Assembly (NCBI GenBank): GCA_944359015.1
Contig: CALVSK010000002.1
Span: forward strand, 1-56,831
Direction: 5' to 3'
Source: an uncultured Bacilli bacterium
GTDB lineage: Bacteria; Bacillota_I; Bacilli_A; RF39; UBA660
Length of the DNA: 56,831 bases
Under the pieces are notes generated by a model, which worked only from the letters and a program-made list of their open reading frames with translations, did not search any database and had not been told where the DNA came from. Positions 8,260 to 14,066 of the stretch are shown here, piece after piece. Position 1 is the stretch's first letter, and each line of letters begins with the position of its first letter. The position numbers and the translations under genes are program-made.

Positions 8260-10382
8260 TATCTACCTCCACTATCCATATTTAATTTTTTCTTTTGTTC
8301 ATCTAGTACACTAAGATATTCTTCATCCAATTCATCTTTGGCTTCAGTTATTAATTCATTTTCTTGAGTTATTATTATAAACCAATCCTCTGTATAATAT
8401 ATTGTCTTAATATTATAAAAATCAATTTGAATATTTAACCCTTTTTCTTGCAAAATATCCTTAATTATTTCCACTAAGTCTTTAAAATCACTATATAAAT
8501 CTCTTTTTTTATCCTTCATTATTCTAAATAATTCTTGATATTTTTGGTAAAATTGTTCATCTATTTTTTTAATTTCTCTTAGTAATTCCATTGCTGCAAC
8601 TTCTTGATGTATTTTTAACATTTGATATCGGTAATTTGTATTATTAATTTTACTTTCTTCAAGTTCATATAATTTTCTAATTATCTGTATTTCTTCAAAA
8701 GAAAAATTAACTTGACTGTATGATGTTGGCTTTAACTCTTTATAATCATAATCATATTCTACCGGTTCATCATATGATATATCATTTAGTGTTTTTGCTT
8801 CTTTTAATGAAACTAAAAAATGAGCGTATTCTAAATTACTATAAACTTCTTTCATTTCACTTTGTGGGTCATAAAAATGAAATTTGTATTTTGAAGATAT
8901 TTCTCCATATGTTTGACATTTATCTAAATTAGGGTTGTTTGTAGTTAGTACTGCTACTATACCGTACTCTCCTTCACTTTTTGCACTTTCTAATATTATT
9001 TTATCTGCCCACTCTCTTAGCATTGATGTAACTAACCTTTTTTCATTTTTATTTAATTTTATTCCTTCAATAGAATGTATTAACATTACATTTCCATTTC
9101 TTAATATTGGACAAAATGCTAAAGTATTACCACTTTGATTTTTTATTTCTACGCCTCCACCATAAGGCGTAGTTGCACAATAATGAAGTAAACTTGGATT
9201 ATAGCCAACTGAATCACCTGCTCCAACAGGTAAAAAACAATTATCGGTCCTAAAACCAGCACTTAATATATCTCTATCTTGAGGATGAAAAGTATATAAA
9301 GTATAATCACTAAAATTTATTGTAATATTTGGAAACTTTTTACTGTAATTGCCTTCCATCATTCGAGAAAGTTCTATTGTCCTATCAATTAATTTATGTA
9401 GTAATAAAACATATTTACTATTTGTCCCTATATAATCTAATATATCAGATTCTAATAACGGCTCATCTCTTTCTTCATATTGAGACAACTTGCTAATTCG
9501 AGTCTTTTTCTTACCTTTATAATATTCTTTTTGTTTTATTCTTCTTTTTGTATTTGCTAGTTCATTTAAAATATCTCTAATTTGTGCAATATTAAAACGC
9601 AAATTTAATGGTACTAAATTTTTTCGTTTAGTATATTCTATTAGTATTTTATACCATTCTTTTGCAATTAAATTTATATTTTCTACAAAAAATATTACAT
9701 CTTGACTTGCAAGTTTTGCTAAGTATTGTTTTATTGGTGTATCTTTCGCATTATAGTTTTCACCTAGTAACATTTTAATTAATTTTTCATTCAAATTAGG
9801 TTCTTTTTTATTAATATCATAAGTTACGTTACTTAAATCTATGTCAGAAAAAATATTTTCAATTTCTGTTTTACTTATAACCCCATATCTTTGATTTAAT
9901 AAATCTCTGCCTTTAAAATAACCCATAAAGTTATATATTTTTACACTATATTCTACTGCTTCATGATATAAAAAACCTAACCCCATTAATAAGTCTACAA
10001 ATTCGTTAAAGTGATTGACATTCATGTTTTTTAATATATCGATAGATAAACGAGATACAAAATTTTCAAGTTCTTTTGGTAAATTTCCATAATATTTAAC
10101 ATATAAATATTGTTTATAATTTTTTATATTAATTATACTTTCTATACTTCTTTTGTCACTAAATGCTAAAGTCAATAAACTATATTTTTCTGCATCATCT
10201 ATTTCTTTTATTTTTATTTTTGCTAGTAAACTACCTAAATATTCATAATATGTACTATTTTGAGGGATATCTAATTTAAATTCGTATACTTTCTTTGCCA
10301 TTTGCCACTTTTCGGGATTATTATTATTTAATGAATCAAATGTCTCCCAAAATGTTTTTATATTAAATTCTTCATTTTCCAT
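8259..10382 (-). CDS. Large hypothetical protein with no recognisable domain
   Basis: The ORF track gives 8259-10391. The first GTG overlaps the AGGTG ribosome-binding site, so ATG at 10382 (MENEEF...) is the likely start, giving 707 aa. The middle carries a Cys/His-containing block, FRTDNCFLPVGAGDSVGYNPSLLHYCATTPYGGG...LIHSIEG. The C-terminus looks coiled-coil. Confidence 0.8.
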   Translation of the reverse strand: MENEEFNIKTFWETFDSLNNNNPEKWQMAKKVYEFKLDIPQNSTYYEYLGSLLAKIKIKEIDDAEKYSLLTLAFSDKRSIESIINIKNYKQYLYVKYYGNLPKELENFVSRLSIDILKNMNVNHFNEFVDLLMGLGFLYHEAVEYSVKIYNFMGYFKGRDLLNQRYGVISKTEIENIFSDIDLSNVTYDINKKEPNLNEKLIKMLLGENYNAKDTPIKQYLAKLASQDVIFFVENINLIAKEWYKILIEYTKRKNLVPLNLRFNIAQIRDILNELANTKRRIKQKEYYKGKKKTRISKLSQYEERDEPLLESDILDYIGTNSKYVLLLHKLIDRTIELSRMMEGNYSKKFPNITINFSDYTLYTFHPQDRDILSAGFRTDNCFLPVGAGDSVGYNPSLLHYCATTPYGGGVEIKNQSGNTLAFCPILRNGNVMLIHSIEGIKLNKNEKRLVTSMLREWADKIILESAKSEGEYGIVAVLTTNNPNLDKCQTYGEISSKYKFHFYDPQSEMKEVYSNLEYAHFLVSLKEAKTLNDISYDEPVEYDYDYKELKPTSYSQVNFSFEEIQIIRKLYELEESKINNTNYRYQMLKIHQEVAAMELLREIKKIDEQFYQKYQELFRIMKDKKRDLYSDFKDLVEIIKDILQEKGLNIQIDFYNIKTIYYTEDWFIIITQENELITEAKDELDEEYLSVLDEQKKKLNMDSGGR

Positions 10383-10410
10383 TTTATACACCTATTATTA
10401 TTATAACATA

Positions 10411-10440
10411 TAAAAAAAGATGAGCAAAATTACTTCATCT
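10411..10440 (-). terminator. Terminator/attenuator-like hairpin upstream of the 707-aa gene
   Basis: On the minus strand the sequence is AGATGAAG-N8-CTCATCT followed by T7. The hairpin lies about 20 nt upstream of the ribosome-binding site of the gene starting at 10382. Confidence 0.45.
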
Positions 10441-10446
10441 ATTTTT

Positions 10447-10594
10447 AGAGGATAAGGCAGATATTTATTTGCTTATGTTTAAAAAGAAAACTTTAATTTA
10501 TATTGTAGGAACTATAAAACTATAATTTATATTATAGAAAGGTTTGTAAAAGAGTTAATGATTTATAAACAAATATCTTTGCCTTCCTCGCTCT
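10447..10594. other. Long imperfect inverted repeat (structured leader RNA, or a MITE- or inverton-like element)
   Basis: The arms AGAGGATAAGGCAGATATTTATTT (10447-10470) and AAACAAATATCTTTGCCTTCCTCGCTCT (10568-10594) are largely complementary. The interior holds the direct repeat TAATTTATATTGTAG (10494-10508) / TAATTTATATTATAG (10523-10537). Confidence 0.5.
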
Positions 10595-10692
10595 TAATAT
10601 TAATAAATAGATTTGATAAAAGTATGTTTTTAATGTGAAAAAAAAGTGAAATTAGGTTTTAAATTAATAATAAAAATTTAATAAAAAAAAAC

Positions 10693-10721
10693 TTGAAACA
10701 AACAATTAAATGTGATATTAT
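10693..10721 (+). promoter_or_regulatory. Sigma-A-type promoter for the tRNA pair
   Basis: TTGAAA (10693-10698), a 17-nt spacer, then TATTAT (10716-10721), ending about 10 nt before the tRNA 5' end. Confidence 0.5.
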
Positions 10722-10731
10722 TATTTTGCAT

Positions 10732-10808
10732 GGACCTCTAGCTCAGTTGGTTAGAGCATCCGGCTCATAACCGGGCGGTCGTAGGTTCGAGTCCTACGAG
10801 GTCCACCA
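10732..10808 (+). tRNA. tRNA with anticodon CAT, most like lysidine-dependent tRNA-Ile2 rather than elongator or initiator Met
   Basis: It folds as a cloverleaf: acceptor GGACCTC/GAGGTCC, D-arm TAGCTCAGTTGGTTAGAGCA, anticodon loop CTCATAA, T-arm GTAGGTTCGAGTCCTAC and an encoded CCA. G1-C72 excludes an initiator. From memory the sequence is close to B. subtilis tRNA-Ile(CAU). Confidence 0.9.
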
Positions 10809-10819
10809 TTTTTTTATTT

Positions 10820-10904
10820 GCAGGTATGGCGGAATTGGTAGACGCGATAGACTTAGGATCTATTGGATTATTCTGTGGGGGTTCAAGTCCCTCTACCTGC
10901 ACCA
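10820..10904 (+). tRNA. tRNA-Leu (anticodon TAG)
   Basis: Acceptor GCAGGTA/TACCTGC, D-arm GCGGAATTGGTAGACGC, anticodon loop CTTAGGA, a long variable arm, a TTCAAGT T-loop and an encoded CCA. Confidence 0.9.
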
Positions 10905-11041
10905 TTATTTATGTATTTTATATGATAATAAATAATATTTAAATTTTGAGTCAAAGGAATGATTTAACATTCTTTTTTTATTGGTTAATTATCAAATAAC
11001 TTGTTTGGCACAATATAATTTAAAAAAGCATTAACAAATCG

Positions 11042-12082
11042 TTAATCCTTTTTATTTTCTAAAATCCTTTTTTGAACATCGGATGGAAAAAATGAGTTAT
11101 TGATTCCTATTTCAAAATATGCATCTTTTAATGACATTCCTCCATTTTGGTATTTAATTGGTAATAAATCTATTCCTAATAAACTTTTTACCTCATCGGC
11201 ACTAAATCTATCAAAACATACTCCTACTAAATTATCAAATAAGGGGATTCCAAGTTGAAGAAAAAACTTTCTTATTTCTTCTATCTTTTGTACCATAGTG
11301 TAATCCAGATTTTGAAATAATGCCCCTATTTGTTTTATAACTTCACTATATGTTCCGCTAGAAACTTTAGGCAAAACCTTATTTTTTGTTTCTATTTCTT
11401 CTCCGAACTTTTCTTCTGTTAGATAAACATGTAAGTCATCTTTATTTGTTTCTCCACAACTGAAAACACCCGCATATTTTTTGTATGGATAGTTTCCTTT
11501 TTCAAAATCATAATTCCCCTTTGCTATACTATGTAATATATATCCATTTAAATTATCAAATGGCATTACATAAATCTTTTCTTGATATCCATCAGTAAAC
11601 TCTTCATAAGAAAACATTCTACTGTTTTTAAAAAAATTAATTATTGTTTTTTTGCCTTCTTTATTTTCATAATGTAGGCTCGGATGACATAAACAACTTA
11701 TTCCATACTCATTATCAGTAGTACAACTAAGTAAAAATTCCCCTTTAATTTTGGCTTCTTTACTCTCTAAATCAAAAATTATTTTATTTGTCCAACTTCC
11801 AAATACTCCTTTTTTCTCTTTATTGTTTGCTCTTTCTACAATACCAAATACATTGGGTATTGTATGTTTAGCATTTAATATATAATTATCTGTTTTAACT
11901 TCTATTTGAAAATAATCGTCATAAATTATAACTTTACCTACAATATTATTATTAGAGTCTATTATATTAATTGTTTTAAGATTTTCTGAAAGTTCACGAG
12001 CATCTAATATTAATTCAAAAGTATTTAAAAACACTTTTATTGCATTTATTGCTTGTTTCTTAGTTAATTTTAATTTGCTCAT
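11042..12082 (-). CDS. Hypothetical protein (orphan)
   Basis: The ORF track gives 11042-12091. AGGTGG followed 5 nt later by ATG at 12082 (MSKLKL...) is the likely start, giving 346 aa. No motif was recognised. Confidence 0.7.
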   Translation of the reverse strand: MSKLKLTKKQAINAIKVFLNTFELILDARELSENLKTINIIDSNNNIVGKVIIYDDYFQIEVKTDNYILNAKHTIPNVFGIVERANNKEKKGVFGSWTNKIIFDLESKEAKIKGEFLLSCTTDNEYGISCLCHPSLHYENKEGKKTIINFFKNSRMFSYEEFTDGYQEKIYVMPFDNLNGYILHSIAKGNYDFEKGNYPYKKYAGVFSCGETNKDDLHVYLTEEKFGEEIETKNKVLPKVSSGTYSEVIKQIGALFQNLDYTMVQKIEEIRKFFLQLGIPLFDNLVGVCFDRFSADEVKSLLGIDLLPIKYQNGGMSLKDAYFEIGINNSFFPSDVQKRILENKKD

Positions 12083-12096
12083 TATTACCACCTATA

Positions 12097-12133
12097 CTAA
12101 AAATAAAAGATTTAAGAAACCCCCTTAAATCTT
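12097..12133 (-). terminator. Rho-independent terminator after the 139-aa gene
   Basis: AAGATTTAAG-N7-CTTAAATCTT forms a perfect 10-bp stem, followed on the minus strand by TTATTTTT. Confidence 0.65.
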
Positions 12134-12147
12134 AAACCTTTTCTAAA

Positions 12148-12567
12148 TTATTTATCTTGTAACATGTTTAATAAATCTATTTTAAACATATCTTTTGAAG
12201 CATTTGCTTTAGAAATCATTATTCCCTTATATGTTGTTAGTTCACTTCTATGACCTTCTAATAATATATCAGATGGTGTTATTGTTTCTAATACAACAAC
12301 TTCTTCTTTTTTATGTACTGTGTAAATTAATTTAACTTCTCCATGAATTTGTGCAAACATTTTATCGCTTGGAAGTTTTAATTCATACTTTTCAGTACCA
12401 TTTTTCTTATTAACTGAGATTAATTCTCCAAGAAATTTTCCATTTCTTAATGCTGGATAATAATCAAAGTTTAATTTTTTGAAAGCTAGCATGTTATATT
12501 TTTTTAATGCCCTTTCTAACTTCTTAAATTCATTTTCACAAATGTATTCTAAAACATATCCTTTCAT
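12148..12567 (-). CDS. Hypothetical protein (orphan) with weak RelE/Gp49-like beta-strand pattern
   Basis: The track ORF runs to 12657, but a strong promoter (TTGACA 12629-12624, 17-nt spacer, TATAAT 12606-12601) lies inside it. The likely start is ATG at 12567 (MKGYVLEY...), preceded by AGGGGG, giving 139 aa. The stretch VKLIYTVHKKEEVVVLETI only loosely resembles RelE/ParE-type toxins. Confidence 0.6.
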   Translation of the reverse strand: MKGYVLEYICENEFKKLERALKKYNMLAFKKLNFDYYPALRNGKFLGELISVNKKNGTEKYELKLPSDKMFAQIHGEVKLIYTVHKKEEVVVLETITPSDILLEGHRSELTTYKGIMISKANASKDMFKIDLLNMLQDK

Positions 12568-12704
12568 TTTTCCATACCCCCTAATTACTCGAACAATATC
12601 ATTATAGCACAAACTACTTTTTTTGTCAAATTTGTGTAAATTTCTCATATTGTTCATAGTATTTCCATATTGGACCCAAATTATACCAAATTTTACTAAT
12701 TATG

Positions 12705-12953
12705 TCAAATTTTTAATTTTACTATTGTTTGGCCTAGGTTCCAATTATCTTTTTTACACTCTAAAACATTACTATTATTTTTTAATACTCTATAAACTTC
12801 ATTACTTAAAATATTAGAACTTTTCCCATGAATTATTATAATATATTCATTTTTTAAAATCACATTATCTTTTATAAATTCTTCTATTAATACTTCTACC
12901 ATTGCACTTATTTCACCATGCAAATCCAATTTTGGTGTTTTACTTGTTATCAT
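12705..12953 (-). CDS. Stand-alone Smr-domain protein
   Basis: 82 aa with LDLHGE....VE.LIEEFI......EYIIIIHGKSS.IL...V..L, matching the Smr LDLHG ... HGxG layout. Confidence 0.75.
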   Translation of the reverse strand: MITSKTPKLDLHGEISAMVEVLIEEFIKDNVILKNEYIIIIHGKSSNILSNEVYRVLKNNSNVLECKKDNWNLGQTIVKLKI

Positions 12954-13891
12954 TTTGCTGTAGTTGTTTCTGGAACTTGGTTATTTATATTCATCTTTTT
13001 TGAATAATAATCTAATACTTCTGATAATGTTGGCATAGATAATCTTGAACCCATTTTTTGAACAGATAATCCTGCTGCAATATTGGCAAGCGTTATTGTT
13101 TTATCTATATCAAAATTATTGGCTAATCCGTATACAAATGCTCCATGAAAGATATCTCCTGCACCTGTTGTATCAATTGCATCGCATTTTAACCCCGGCA
13201 TGATTTTAATTTGATTACCCGATTGATATAATGCTCCATGTTCTTCAAGGGTAACTACAATTATAGAATTTGGATATTTATTTTGCAATTTATTATATAT
13301 ATTAACCAAACTTTGAGGATTATTATAATCAAACTTTAAATTTGTAACTGTTTCAGCAAAACCTTTACTACATACTATGTATTTAACATATTTACATAAC
13401 TCTAATAGTTCCGGTGTAATTCTTCCTGCATCTATAACACTTATAGCATTAGGATTTTTACTAATAGCATTTTGACTTGCACCATAATCATGGCCATCAG
13501 TTAAAATAATATCTGGTGTAAATTCATAATTATACTTTTTTAACATTGGATGTTCTGTTGCCACATTAAAAACAGTTCTATTACCATTTTTTTTATTTAT
13601 TAATATAAAAGAAAATGATGTGTCTTTATCATACGTCGTTTCAATATAATCAGTACTCATATTTAAATCTTGAAACTCTTTTTTTATTTTAGTTCCAAAA
13701 TCATCACTGCCTACAACAGTCGCTATTACAGTATCAATACCCCACTTACCTAATAAATAAGCAGCATTCGACGCTGGGCCTCCTCCCATTTGATATTTTT
13801 CATTAAATCGATATTTTGTGTTTTCTATTGGGTAATCATCTACTGGAACTGTCATATCCCAACTAGAGTGTCCTATACATAATACTTTCAT
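12950..13891 (-). CDS. PfkB/ribokinase-family carbohydrate kinase
   Basis: 313 aa with the N-terminal GG dipeptide motif (YQMGGGPASNAA) and the C-terminal DTTGAGDIFHGAF signature. Confidence 0.85.
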   Translation of the reverse strand: MKVLCIGHSSWDMTVPVDDYPIENTKYRFNEKYQMGGGPASNAAYLLGKWGIDTVIATVVGSDDFGTKIKKEFQDLNMSTDYIETTYDKDTSFSFILINKKNGNRTVFNVATEHPMLKKYNYEFTPDIILTDGHDYGASQNAISKNPNAISVIDAGRITPELLELCKYVKYIVCSKGFAETVTNLKFDYNNPQSLVNIYNKLQNKYPNSIIVVTLEEHGALYQSGNQIKIMPGLKCDAIDTTGAGDIFHGAFVYGLANNFDIDKTITLANIAAGLSVQKMGSRLSMPTLSEVLDYYSKKMNINNQVPETTTAK

Positions 13892-13910
13892 TAAATCAAA
13901 TCCTTTCTAT

Positions 13911-14066
13911 TTTATGTTGATAACTCGCGGACCCTCGCCGTTTTAGATGCGGCGAGGGCTTTTGTTTCTCCTTCTAACTTATTTTATACGGATTACTCTC
14001 TGTTCCATCTCCACTAACATATGTGACATTAGAGTTTAGATAAAAGACTGGTCTGGCCGAATAGCC
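13911..14066 (-). repeat. Near-identical 3' module shared by P2 and P3 (gene tail, stop codon, GC hairpin and about 20 nt beyond)
   Basis: 13911-14066 aligns with 36498-36652 with only a handful of substitutions and one 1-nt indel, by eye. It includes TTTATGTTGATAACTCGCG, the hairpin, and codons for GYSARPVFYLNSNVTYVSGDGTE.NPY.IS. Confidence 0.85.
13932..13958. other. GC-rich 9-bp-stem hairpin downstream of P2
   Basis: CCCTCGCCG-N9-CGGCGAGGG. The T-run lies on the plus-strand side only, which is the wrong side for terminating the minus-strand gene. The same stem with a different loop occurs at 36518-36544. Confidence 0.8.

Noticed and set aside
10447-10594. The inverted-repeat element read as SRP RNA, 6S RNA, retron msr/msd or a type III antitoxin repeat array
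   Set aside because: There is no GGAAGCAGC-type SRP domain IV motif, no adjacent RT or ToxN-like gene, and only two short direct repeats. 6S RNA cannot be excluded by eye, but there is no supporting feature beyond a long stem.
8259-12091. A reverse transcriptase hidden among the unknown ORFs (707-aa, 346-aa, 218-aa, 231-aa) that would complete a DGR or retron
   Set aside because: None contains a YxDD box or the preceding RT motifs. The only xIDDG in the window is the YIDDGYTG of the serine recombinase.
13932-13958. The GC hairpin read as an ordinary rho-independent terminator of P2
   Set aside because: The T-tract lies on the wrong side for the minus-strand gene. The stem is conserved with a divergent loop in a second locus as part of a larger conserved module. 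A weak terminator or RNA-stabiliser role cannot be excluded without Term-seq.
13911-13976. Integron attC site or gene cassette interpretation of the P2/P3 3' module
   Set aside because: The flanking GTTAGAA and TTATCAAC do not match the RYYYAAC/GTTRRRY core sites, or their expected order. No intI gene or cassette array is present.
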